Source of the DNA: an uncultured Chloroflexia bacterium
Lineage (GTDB): Bacteria > Chloroflexota > Chloroflexia > Thermomicrobiales > UBA6265
DNA length: 64,000 bases
Direction: 5' to 3'
Assembly: GCA_963849635.1 (NCBI GenBank)
Contig: CAWKIA010000040.1
Span: forward strand, 145,022 to 209,021
Both the position numbers and the translations under genes were made by a program. This document shows, piece after piece, positions 27,958-37,515 of the stretch (its first letter is position 1; each line of letters starts with the position of its first letter). The notes below the pieces were generated by a model that was given only the letters and a program-made list of their open reading frames with translations, searched no databases and was not told where the DNA came from.

Positions 27958-30630
27958 TCAGACGAGGCGGTGCCGCATGGCGTGGGCCACCGCGGCGGAA
28001 CGGGAGGGTTGGCGAAGTTTGGCTAGGATCGCCGAGACATGCGTTGAGGCGGTGCGGCGGGTGATGGAGAGTGCGGCGGCGATCTCGCGGTCTGACTGAC
28101 CGCCGACCAGCAGGTGCAGAACTTCCATCTCGCGGGGCGTCAACCCGGCGTGCAAGGACGGCGGGTGGCCGTCGGACAAGGGAGTATCTTCTGCCCTGGC
28201 CTCGCCGTCGTCTGCTTCGCCGCCGGCCACGGCAATCGCCTCGGCGACGGCGTCGGCAAGCGGCAGCGCGGCGCCTTCTACCCAGGCGGCCGCAAACCCC
28301 GCGGCCCCAAGCGCTGCCTGGGCGTCGGCCTCGATTTGGTCGTGCATCGCCTGCTCCTGTGGTGCGAGTCGCGCGCCGACCACCTCGCGCAGCGTTGCCG
28401 CCGCGCCCAGCAGCCTCGTCGCCTGCTCGGCCCTCCCCACCAGGGCGGCGACGCCGGCTTGGCCCATCAGCCCCCAGGCGATCCCCGTTCTGTCGCCGAG
28501 CGAGACCGAAAGGGCCAGAGCCTCGGCCTGGGCGCGCCTCGCACTACGCCCATCGCCGCGTGCCAGGGCGAGATGGCCAAGCTCATCGAGCACGCCGGCA
28601 ACGAACCGCCAGTCCTGCCGCTCACGAAAAACCGCCAGCGCTTCCTTGAGGTAGACGTCGGCGCGGACATGGTCGCCCTGAGCGAGCGCCAAAATGCCCT
28701 GCTTGCTTCTGGCGAGGGCGGCGCCCCATGTATCGCCAATAGCTCGGAAGTGGGCGAGGCTCTCCGCCAGCAGCGGCTCCGCCTGAGGCAGCTCTTCTCG
28801 ATCGACCGCGTCGCTACCCAGGCCGTACAGCGCCATCGCCACGCCCCACGCGTCACCGAGGGAACGCGCCAGTGCCTCTGCCTCACCGTGCCGGGAGAGC
28901 GCATGCTCGTTGTCTTTCTGCCACGCCGCGATGTCCCCCGCGACGATGAGCGCCCGGATCCGGACAAGTGAGACGCCTTCGACCTCCGGCAGCGCCAGGA
29001 ACGAGTCGAGCCAGGTGCGACCCTCACTCAGGAATCCGCGTCTCCACCAGAACCGCCCGGGGGCCGTGGCGAGTCGGAGCCCCTCTGCTATGCGCCCCCG
29101 TACGCGCAGCCAGCCCAGCGCAGCCCGCAGGTTGGGAAGCTCCTGCTCTAGCAGGTCGAGCCAGGCGAGTTGGTCGGGGCCGATCAGGTGCGGCTCTGCC
29201 TCCGCCGCCAGTGCCAGGAAGTAGTCGGCATGGGCGTCGTGGGCGGACTCCGCGTATCCGCTCGCCGCCAGGTGCTCCAGGGCGAACTCGCGGATCGTCT
29301 CCAGCATCTCAAAGCGCGGGGGAACGATGTCGGACCCGTCGGCCAGCGGCTCCATAGATCGCAGCAGACTCTTGTCCACCAGCGAGGCGACCACGTCGAG
29401 CGTCGAGCGTTGTGCGTCGAGAGAACTACTTGCCGTCTCGTCTCGCCCGACGCTCGACGCTCTCCTCACGACTTCCGCGGCATCGAGCGTGCACCCCCCG
29501 ACGAACACCGCAAGGCGCCGAAAGAGCGACTGCTCCTCGCTGGTGAGGAGATCGTAGCTCCAGGCGATCGCACCGGCCATAGTCTGGAGTCGCGTCGGCG
29601 CGTCGCGCGGCCCGCCTGTCAGGAGCGGCAGACGGCGCTCCAGGCGCGCCAGGAGCGCCGGCGGCGAGAGGAGGTTCATTCGCGCGGCGGCCAGCTCGAT
29701 CGCCAGCGGCAGGCCGTCGAGGCGTTGGCAAATCACCGCGACCGCGGTGGAGTTACCGTCGGTGAGGCGGAAGTCGGCGTTCACCGCCCGTGCTCGCTCG
29801 ACGAAGAGACGGACTGCCGCCGGCCCGGCCCGCTCCTCGGCCGGCGCGAGTTCCCGCTGAGCCTCCACGTCAGGATCGCGCAGCGCCAACGGAGGCAGGG
29901 CGAAGACGTGTTCACCCGAGACTCGCAGCCGGGCGCGGCTTGTGACCAGCACCGTCAAGCGCGGGCAGGCCGTGAGCAGCTCCGGCAGGAGAGGCGTCGC
30001 CTCGACGACGTGCTCGACGTTGTCGAGGACCAGCAGCAACTGGCGGTCCCGTAGGGCCATGGTCAGCGTCTCGATCAGCTGCCTATCGACTGACTCGCGC
30101 ACACCAAGGGCCTGAGCGATTGTTGGGGCGACCAGAGCGGGCTCGCGGACCGGTGCCAGCGGCACGAAGACGACCCCGTTCGCGAAGTCGCCGCCCAGCG
30201 CCTCAGCAACGTGCAGGGCGAGGCGGGTCTTTCCCACCCCACCGGGACCGGTCAGCGTCAGGAGGCGGATATCTTCCTGGTGCAGCAGCGCGCAAACCGC
30301 CGCCACGTCGCGTTCGCGGCCGATGAGCGGCGTCAGCGGCAGCGGCAGCCGCGCGGCGCTATTCGCGCCGAGTCGGTCGGTGGTCAGCCTCTGAGGCAGA
30401 GGCGGGTGGCGACCCAGGAACCGTGTCAACGCGGCCGGCGTGATCCGGTAGACGCCGCCATGCTTCGTCGCGGCCAATTCACCGCCGACGATGGCACGCC
30501 GTACCGTGCGCTCGCTGACCCCGAGCGCAGCTGCCGCCTCGCGGGCCGTCAAGCGTCCGGACGGGCGCCGCGCGGACCGAGATTTGTCCGGTCGTTTGTC
30601 CGCCGGAATGTCCGCCGGGATCTTGCTCAT
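27958..30630 (-). CDS. STAND ATPase / TPR / LuxR-family regulator with extra N-terminal excisionase-type HTH (R3)
   Basis: ATG at 30630 (MSKIPADIP). The N-terminal HTH is [46 protein letters not shown]. It also has [24 protein letters not shown], and a C-terminal LuxR HTH ([43 protein letters not shown]). Confidence 0.85.
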   Translation of the reverse strand: MSKIPADIPADKRPDKSRSARRPSGRLTAREAAAALGVSERTVRRAIVGGELAATKHGGVYRITPAALTRFLGRHPPLPQRLTTDRLGANSAARLPLPLTPLIGRERDVAAVCALLHQEDIRLLTLTGPGGVGKTRLALHVAEALGGDFANGVVFVPLAPVREPALVAPTIAQALGVRESVDRQLIETLTMALRDRQLLLVLDNVEHVVEATPLLPELLTACPRLTVLVTSRARLRVSGEHVFALPPLALRDPDVEAQRELAPAEERAGPAAVRLFVERARAVNADFRLTDGNSTAVAVICQRLDGLPLAIELAAARMNLLSPPALLARLERRLPLLTGGPRDAPTRLQTMAGAIAWSYDLLTSEEQSLFRRLAVFVGGCTLDAAEVVRRASSVGRDETASSSLDAQRSTLDVVASLVDKSLLRSMEPLADGSDIVPPRFEMLETIREFALEHLAASGYAESAHDAHADYFLALAAEAEPHLIGPDQLAWLDLLEQELPNLRAALGWLRVRGRIAEGLRLATAPGRFWWRRGFLSEGRTWLDSFLALPEVEGVSLVRIRALIVAGDIAAWQKDNEHALSRHGEAEALARSLGDAWGVAMALYGLGSDAVDREELPQAEPLLAESLAHFRAIGDTWGAALARSKQGILALAQGDHVRADVYLKEALAVFRERQDWRFVAGVLDELGHLALARGDGRSARRAQAEALALSVSLGDRTGIAWGLMGQAGVAALVGRAEQATRLLGAAATLREVVGARLAPQEQAMHDQIEADAQAALGAAGFAAAWVEGAALPLADAVAEAIAVAGGEADDGEARAEDTPLSDGHPPSLHAGLTPREMEVLHLLVGGQSDREIAAALSITRRTASTHVSAILAKLRQPSRSAAVAHAMRHRLV
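29395..29465 (-). repeat. In-frame heptamer-armed hairpin inside R3 (counterpart of the R2 element)
   Basis: On the plus strand, GTCGAGC occurs twice (29395-29408) and GACGCTC twice (29449-29462). 29398-29410 GAGCGTCGAGCGT is the exact reverse complement of 29450-29462 ACGCTCGACGCTC. Confidence 0.9.
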
Positions 30631-30969
30631 GGTGGGCGTATCATGCCCGACATCGCCCGTCGCAGCAAGGAAAGCGGGCCACGTTGCTGCGTCGACGCGG
30701 ATCGACTGAAGACGGCTCGAACCGGCCAAAATGGCGTGGTCGTACCGCCATCGCACAAGTAAACTCCGGAGCTGAAACGAGGGCCGGGGGGCGAGTGCAT
30801 CGCCTGCGCGACACCGGCGAATCCTAATGTCAGTTGGCACGTCCGGCAGCGACAGGCAAGGCTCGTCTACCGAGAGCCGCCAGCGATTCGATAGGCTGCC
30901 CCTTGACGCCGGGAACTCGCGCTATCATCTTCGTGTAGTCCCGCAATCCTGTGACGTCGAGGTCGCCTC

Positions 30970-33412
30970 ATGCTCCGGTTGATTGCCGATGAGCCCGATT
31001 CGCGGTCGCTACTGGCGTCCCAGCGGGATGGCCGGTCGCTTCCAACTGCGCCGCTGCCGTCTCCGCTGACCTCGCTGGTCGGGCGAGAGCGGGAGGGCGG
31101 CGAGATCCGGGCGTTGATCCGGCGACCCGATGTGCGGTTGGTGACGCTGACCGGCCCGGGTGGCGTCGGCAAGACCCGCCTGGCGGTCTGGGCAGCGGAG
31201 GACCTGGATGCCGACTTTCCCGGCGGCATCGCCTTTGTCGAGCTGGCCGCGATCCGGGATCCGGCGCTCGTCGTCGCGACGATCGGCCACGCGCTCGGCC
31301 TGGCCGACACCGCCGGGGACGCCCTGGTCTTCCGCCTCCAAGACGCGCTCCGCGCCGGGCGGGCCTTGCTGATCCTCGACAACCTGGAGCAGGTCGTGGC
31401 CGCGGCGCCGTCGCTGGCCGCGCTGCTGGCCACGTGTCCCGGCCTCACCATCCTGGCGACCAGCAGGGAGATCCTGCGCCTGTCCGGCGAGCAGGAGGTC
31501 CGGGTGCCGCCGCTGGAGGCCGAGGCGGTCGCCCTGTTCGTCGCGCGGGCCGGGGATGTCCGTCCCGATCTCGATCTCGGCGGGTCCAACCTGGAAACGG
31601 TCGCTCAGATCTGCGCCCTGCTCGACGGCCTGCCCCTGGCGATCGAGCTTGCGGCGACCCGCCTGCGGTACCTCTCTCCCAAGGCGCTGCTGGGCCGGAT
31701 CGACGACCGGCTGACTCTTGCTCGCGGGCGGGGCCCGGGACCTGCCGGACCGGCAGCGGACGCTGCGCGACGCGATCGCGTGGAGCCACGACCTGCTGTC
31801 CCCCGAGGAGCAAGCCCTCTTTCGCCGCCTGGCCGTCTTCTCCGGGGGCTTCACCCTCGACGCCGCTGGGGCGGTCGCCGGAGAGCTATCCCCCTCCGTC
31901 TTCGACGGCGTGGCCTCGCTCCTCGACAAGAGCCTGCTCACCCGGAGTGAGGAGGCGGACGGCGATCCGCGATACGGGATGCTGGAGACGATCCGCCACT
32001 TTGGGCTGGAGCGGCTGGCGGCGACCGGCGAGGCCGACGAGGTTCGCCGTCGCCACGCCTTCTGGTGTCTGGACCTCGCCGAGCGGGCCATTGCCGAGGC
32101 CGGCGGCCCGGAGCACGTGCGCTGGCTGCGCCGGCTAGACCGGGAGCATCCCAACCTTCGACAGGCGATGACGTTCGCTGAGGAGCAGGGAAATCCCGCC
32201 CTCGGGCATCGGCTCGTGGCGACGCTCTGGCGATTCTGGGACGCACAAGGGTATCTGGATGAGGGGAGCGTTTGGGCGGAGCGCCTGCTGAAGATCGGGA
32301 GCGGGGACGAAACGATCGACCGGGCGGCCGCGCTGGGTGCGGCCGCCATGGTCGACTTCCGCCAGGGCAACTACCCGAGGGCGGTGGAACTGGCGGAGGA
32401 GGGTCTAGCGCTCGCCCGCGAGCTGGACGCCCCGGACGCCGCCGCCCAGGCGGTCACCGCCTTGGGTAACATCGCCTTCACGAAGGGGCAGCACGCCGAC
32501 GCGGTGGCATGGTACGAGGAGGCGGTCGCCTTGGGGCGTGCCTCTGGCGGCGTCGACCGGCTCCTCAACGCCCTGACCAACTTCGCCATGGCGTTGACGG
32601 TGGCCGGGGATCTGGACCGGGCGGAGGCGGTCGTGGACGAGGCGTTGGCCCTGAGCCGGGCGCGGCAGCGCCGGTTCTGGGAGGCGGTCGCCCTCGCTCG
32701 TCAGGGTCTTCTTGCCCGCCATCGAGACGCGCTCGAGACAGCCTCCAACAGCTACGAAGCAGCCCTGGCGTCACTCGGGGACGGCAACGCCAGGGTTGTG
32801 GCGGGGTTGCTTTGGGACGCCGCTGATGTCGCCCGCGAACGGGGGGACCTGCCGCGGGCCGCGGCGTACCTGAGGTCCAGTCTCCAGCGCCGGTGGGCCT
32901 GGATGGAGCGGCGCGGTATCGCCGAGTGCCTCGCCGCGCTGGCCGAACTGGCCGTTCGCGCCGGGCGCCCAGAGCCAGCCCTGCGTCTCTCTGGGGCGGC
33001 AGAGGCGCTGCGCCGCGGGATTGGCATCCTCGATTCGTGGCATCTTCAGCCTCGCCGTGCCGCCGCGCTTGTGACCGCGCGCCGGGCGCTGGGCGAGGCG
33101 GCCGGAGAGGCGGCCGTCGCGTCTGGGCAATCCCTGCCGCTCTTTGAGGCGGTCGAGCTGGCGATGTCCGTTGCCGAGGCGATCCAGGCGGATCCCATCC
33201 CGCCGGCGGTGCAGCCGGTCCACGGCTTGACCAGCCGCGAGGTGGAGGTCTTGCGCATGGTCGCGACCGGGCAGTCCGACCGGGAGATCGCCGAAGTGCT
33301 GTTCATCAGCCCCCGTACCGTCCAGGCCCATCTCACCAGCATCTACAGCAAGCTCGATGTCAAAACCCGCACGGCCGCCGCCGCCGCCGCCCACCGCCTC
33401 GGGATCGCCTGA
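30970..33412 (+). pseudogene. STAND ATPase / TPR / LuxR-family regulator (R4), single frameshift
   Basis: ORF 30970..31950 ([24 protein letters not shown]) and ORF 31718..33412 (…[45 protein letters not shown]) join as ...RIDDRLT|[27 protein letters not shown], matching R1 [34 protein letters not shown]. There is an apparent extra T at about 31717-31719. Confidence 0.75.
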
Positions 33413-33506
33413 CGGATCGGGACCGTTGGTGCCTCGGGACACGCCAGCGAAGGCGCCCGCCGGGAAGGATGCGTTCACGTCAGCGGCAATGCCTGCGCCC
33501 ACCAGT

Positions 33507-34631
33507 TCAGCGATGGTACTTGCGCATCACCTCCTGCAGCCGGGATAGCGGAATCGCATGGGAGGTGCGGCCGGCGACGCCGGTGGTCGTCGTCGCCATG
33601 CACAAGGCGTTGACGATCGCCTCCTGGGTCGCGTCGGCGACGGCTTCGAAGAGCACGCTGATTGCGTCGTTTGGAACCATCTGGACGGTGGCGGGCGCGA
33701 TCGTGCCGCGCGCATCCAGACCGCGAGCCGCGGTTGAGAATGCCAGGAAGAGGTCGCCGCTGCCGTTGTCGCCGTTACCACCAACACGGGCGACCCCCAT
33801 GGTCGCCCGTTGGGCAATTCGCTTGCACTGGTGCGGGAGGAGCGGCGCATCGGTCGCGACGATGACGATGATCGACCCGTCGCCCGCCGGCTTTGCCCGC
33901 TGCGATGGCACCTCCGACAATGGGATCTCTCGTCCGACGGGGACGCCGTCGACGTGGAGGTGCTCCCGCCAGCCGTAGTTGGCCTGGACGAGCACGCCGA
34001 CGGTCCATCCGCCCTGATCCGCCGGCAATACTCGCGACGATGTCCCCGTCCCGCCCTTGAATTCGTGGCACAACATCCCGGTGCCGCCACCGACGCAACC
34101 TTCCGCGACGGGGCCGCTCGCGGCCGCGTCGAGCGCGGCGAAGACGTGCTCCGGTTTGACATGGAAGCCGTGCATATCGTTGAGCCAGAGGTCGCTCGTC
34201 TCAGCGACGACCGGCAAGCGCCACGGCATCGTACCCGGGCCGTTCCAGCGGGAGACATCGTAGGCAACCAGGGCGTCGCGGACAACGCCGACGCTGTGGG
34301 TGTTCGTGATCCCGACGGGTGTCGTCAGCAGCCCCGACTCCTCGACCCAGTGGAGCCCGGTCATCTCGCCTGCGCCATTTAGCCGATGGTAGCCGGCGAA
34401 CACAGGCTCCGCCGCGATGTCCTCGCGTGGGACGATCATGGTGACGCCGGTGCGCACCGGTCCCTGTCCGATCACCAGCGGGCCATCGCCCGCGATCAGG
34501 GTTGTATGCCCGACGCGGATCCCATCAACATCGGTGATCGCGTTCCATCGCCCGGTGGCGAACCGGCCGATGCTGATACCGAGCTCACGTGCACGCACTC
34601 GCACCTCCGTAGGTGCGGCCCCTGTCCCCAT
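33507..34631 (-). CDS. P1/S58 family peptidase (DmpA-like L-aminopeptidase/D-esterase)
   Basis: Start trimmed to MGTGAAP. The protein contains NAITDVDGIRVGHTT, GGTGMLCHEFKGGTGTSSRV and VATDAPL, typical of the DmpA/BapA family. Confidence 0.8.
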   Translation of the reverse strand: MGTGAAPTEVRVRARELGISIGRFATGRWNAITDVDGIRVGHTTLIAGDGPLVIGQGPVRTGVTMIVPREDIAAEPVFAGYHRLNGAGEMTGLHWVEESGLLTTPVGITNTHSVGVVRDALVAYDVSRWNGPGTMPWRLPVVAETSDLWLNDMHGFHVKPEHVFAALDAAASGPVAEGCVGGGTGMLCHEFKGGTGTSSRVLPADQGGWTVGVLVQANYGWREHLHVDGVPVGREIPLSEVPSQRAKPAGDGSIIVIVATDAPLLPHQCKRIAQRATMGVARVGGNGDNGSGDLFLAFSTAARGLDARGTIAPATVQMVPNDAISVLFEAVADATQEAIVNALCMATTTTGVAGRTSHAIPLSRLQEVMRKYHR

Positions 34632-34809
34632 TCGAGCCCTCCATGAAAATGAGTATCCGGGCCGTTGTAAGCGATTGACCACCACTGAGACCCATCATAT
34701 ACTGCGGCCCACGCTCGGCGAGTCCCATACGTTGACCCATCGCCCGTTCTCCGGCCTTTGCTGTCAGTGCGCTGCACAACAGCCCGGAGACATCACCAGG
34801 GGAGGCAGA

Positions 34810-36453
34810 ATGGTGTCGAAGTCCGCGTCGTCGCTCAACCGTCGACGGTTCGTCCAGGGCAGCGCGGCGCTGTCCGCTGCGCTGGCAATGAGCCGTCCAG
34901 CGTTCTCTTCAAACGCCGGCGCCCAGGAGGGCGGCGAACAGGTCTTGCGGCTGGCCTGTGAGGAGCCAGAAACGTTCGACCTGGGGACGATCGGTGGTGG
35001 GATCGGTATCCAGTGGGCCAATCACCTGTTCGAAGGTCTCGTTGTTTACGACTGGGAGAATCAGCAGGTTGTGCCGGGCGCGGCCGAAACCTGGGATATC
35101 TCCACCGACAATCTGACCTATACCTTCCATCTTCGCCCGGGGATGCTCTGGAGCGACGGTTCGCCCCTGACTGCCCACGATTTTGAGTACGCGATCAAGC
35201 GCAACCTTGAACCCGAATTGGCTGGGCCGCTTGCCACCTTCCTCTACCCCTTGAAGGGCGCGGAGGACTATTTCGTTGGCACCACCACCGACCCGGCGAC
35301 GGTCGCGGTGACGGCGACCGACGACGTCACCTTAGAGATGACGCTGATCGGGGTGACGCCGTACTGGTTGAGCATCCTCTCCCTCTGGACCGCGATGCCG
35401 ATCCCCAAGGCGGCGATCGACGCCGCTGGCGTGCAGTGGATGGAGGCCGAGACGATCGTCAGCAACGGCCGCTACACGATGGAGTCGTGGGAGCACGACC
35501 AGAGTCTTGTCATGGTCCAAAACGAGAACTACTACGGCACGAAGCCCAGCGTCACCCGCATCGAGTACACCATCTTCGAGAACCCACCGGAGCAAGCCCT
35601 CACGGCCTTCCAGACCGGCGATGTCGATCTTGCCCAGGTGACGGTCGCCAACGCTGACTTCGTCGCTGGCGATTCTGAGCTCAGCGCCTTACAGATTCGC
35701 CAGGAGGTCTCTGGGACGTGGGAACTGCGGCTCGACATGGCCAACGCGGACTCGGCCATTGCCGACGTCAACGTCCGCAAGGCGCTCTACCTGGCGATTG
35801 ATCGTGAGGTACTCACCCAAACCGTGCTCAAGGGGTTCATGACCCCGGCCTACATCTTGACGCCGCCCGACATCCCGTCCCACGATCCGGCCGGTCGCCT
35901 TGAAGGGACGGTCGAAGACGCTAAGCAGTATTTGGCTGACGCTGGATTCCCCAATGGCGATGGGTTTCCCGGTATTCAGCTTGGCTTTGCCGCGGCTCAG
36001 GAGAATGCGCAACTCGTCTCGGAGGCGATCGTCCAACTGTGGAACGACAACCTCGGGATCACGAACGCGACGGCGTTTGCCGTTCCGACCGACTGGCGGA
36101 CGCGGATCAGGACCGAGCCCTATGACATGTACCTCGGCCAGTGGGTGACAGACTATCCAGATCCGCACGAGTGGCATAACGTCGTCCACGAAGGCGACGC
36201 CTGGCAGAGCCACTGGAAGGACCAGACCTATCTCGACATGATCGCCGCGGCCAACGTCGAGGTCGATCCCGCCAAGCGGCTCGAACAGTACGCCGCCGCC
36301 GAGGCCTATATGATCCGCGACCAGACGGCGACGATTCCGCTCTACACCGTCGGTCGCTTCTGGGTCATCCAACCCTGGGTTCAGGGCCTGGCGCTCTCAC
36401 CGTACGACGGCCCGATTCTGACCACGAACGCGGTGACGATAACCGATCAGTGA
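34810..36453 (+). CDS. ABC transporter substrate-binding protein, family 5 (peptide/nickel type)
   Basis: ATG at 34810 follows GGGGAGG. The Tat-like signal is MVSKSASSLNRRRFVQGSAALSAALAM. The ~548-aa length and sequence fit DppA/OppA-type SBPs. Confidence 0.85.
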   Translation: MVSKSASSLNRRRFVQGSAALSAALAMSRPAFSSNAGAQEGGEQVLRLACEEPETFDLGTIGGGIGIQWANHLFEGLVVYDWENQQVVPGAAETWDISTDNLTYTFHLRPGMLWSDGSPLTAHDFEYAIKRNLEPELAGPLATFLYPLKGAEDYFVGTTTDPATVAVTATDDVTLEMTLIGVTPYWLSILSLWTAMPIPKAAIDAAGVQWMEAETIVSNGRYTMESWEHDQSLVMVQNENYYGTKPSVTRIEYTIFENPPEQALTAFQTGDVDLAQVTVANADFVAGDSELSALQIRQEVSGTWELRLDMANADSAIADVNVRKALYLAIDREVLTQTVLKGFMTPAYILTPPDIPSHDPAGRLEGTVEDAKQYLADAGFPNGDGFPGIQLGFAAAQENAQLVSEAIVQLWNDNLGITNATAFAVPTDWRTRIRTEPYDMYLGQWVTDYPDPHEWHNVVHEGDAWQSHWKDQTYLDMIAAANVEVDPAKRLEQYAAAEAYMIRDQTATIPLYTVGRFWVIQPWVQGLALSPYDGPILTTNAVTITDQ

Positions 36454-36461
36454 GCTGATTG

Positions 36462-36574
36462 AGGCGTTAGGCGTTAGGGGAACGGCCCCCTAACCCCCCG
36501 GCCCCCTTCCCCCTGCTGCGGCAGGGGGAAGGGGGTGACGCCCTGCCACTCCGAGCGGCTAACTCCTAACGCCT
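36462..36574. repeat. Composite REP-like palindromic element between SBP and permease genes
   Basis: The outer arms are GGCGTTA GGCGTTA (36464-36477) and CTAACTC CTAACGC C (36559-36573), pairing 10 bp plus 5 bp. An inner hairpin GTTAGGGG..CCCCTAAC is present. A perfect 15-bp hairpin CCCCCTTCCCCCTGC tgcg GCAGGGGGAAGGGGG spans 36502-36535. Confidence 0.75.
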
Positions 36575-36588
36575 AAGGGCACCTGTTC

Positions 36589-37515
36589 ATGCGCGCATTT
36601 CTCATCCGGCGATTGCTCAGTTTTATTCCCACGATGCTACTCTTCTATACCCTTGTTTTCATCCTGATCCAGTTGACGCCGGGGAACCCGTGGGACACCG
36701 CGGAGAAGCCGTTCCGGCCGGAGGTGCTCGCGGCCCTCGAAGACAAATACAACTATAGCGACCCGGTCTGGAAGCAATACGTCGATTACCTGGAGCGCGT
36801 CGTCTTTCATCTCGACTTTGGCCCCAGCTACAAGCGGAATGTCGATTCCAACGAGATCGTTGCGCGCTATTTCCCGGTGTCGCTTCAGCTTGGCGCCGTC
36901 GCCTTTGTGATCGCGATGGTCTTCGGCATCGGGCTCGGCGTGCTCTCCGCGGTCAGGCAGAACACCATCACGGACCATCTGGCGATGCTCTTCTCGGTGA
37001 TCGGAGTGGCGACGCCGAGCTTCGTCGTAATTACGCTAATGGTGATTTTTCTGGCGGTTGAGCTCCAATGGCTGCCCGCCTTTGGCTGGGATGGGATCTT
37101 CAGTACTCGGATCATCATTCCGGCGGTCGCGCTTGCGTTAGGACCGATGGCGGTGATCGCACGGTACACGCGGGCGTCGATGCTTGAGACGATCCGCCAG
37201 GACTACGTCCGGACCGCCCGCGCCAAAGGTCTGGGCGAACGCCCGGTGATCATTCGCCACGCATTGCGTAATGCCCTGATCCCCGTCGTGACCGTCGCGG
37301 GGGTAGCGCTCGCCGACCTGATCACCGGTTCGTTTTTCGTTGAAGCGATCTACGGCGTTCCCGGGATGGGCCGCTACTTCGTCAGCACGGTGGCAGATAA
37401 GGACTACCCGGTGCTGATGGCCGTCACCCTTCTGTTTGCCGCGCTCATCTGGCTAATGAACTTCCTGACCGATGTCGCCTACGCGGTCCTCGACCCGCGC
37501 GTGAAGGTGAAGTAA
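36589..37515 (+). CDS. ABC transporter permease (DppB/OppB-like)
   Basis: 308 aa, with N-terminus MRAFLIRRLLSFIPTMLLFYTLVFILIQLTPGNP, multiple TM segments and an EAA-type loop region. Confidence 0.9.
   Translation: MRAFLIRRLLSFIPTMLLFYTLVFILIQLTPGNPWDTAEKPFRPEVLAALEDKYNYSDPVWKQYVDYLERVVFHLDFGPSYKRNVDSNEIVARYFPVSLQLGAVAFVIAMVFGIGLGVLSAVRQNTITDHLAMLFSVIGVATPSFVVITLMVIFLAVELQWLPAFGWDGIFSTRIIIPAVALALGPMAVIARYTRASMLETIRQDYVRTARAKGLGERPVIIRHALRNALIPVVTVAGVALADLITGSFFVEAIYGVPGMGRYFVSTVADKDYPVLMAVTLLFAALIWLMNFLTDVAYAVLDPRVKVK

Noticed and set aside
12923-33412. STAND NTPases as an Avs/antiviral-STAND-like defence cluster.
   Set aside because: All four carry a LuxR-type HTH as the output domain and no nuclease, protease, TIR or other killing effector. 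This architecture matches the MalT/AfsR-type transcription regulator class.
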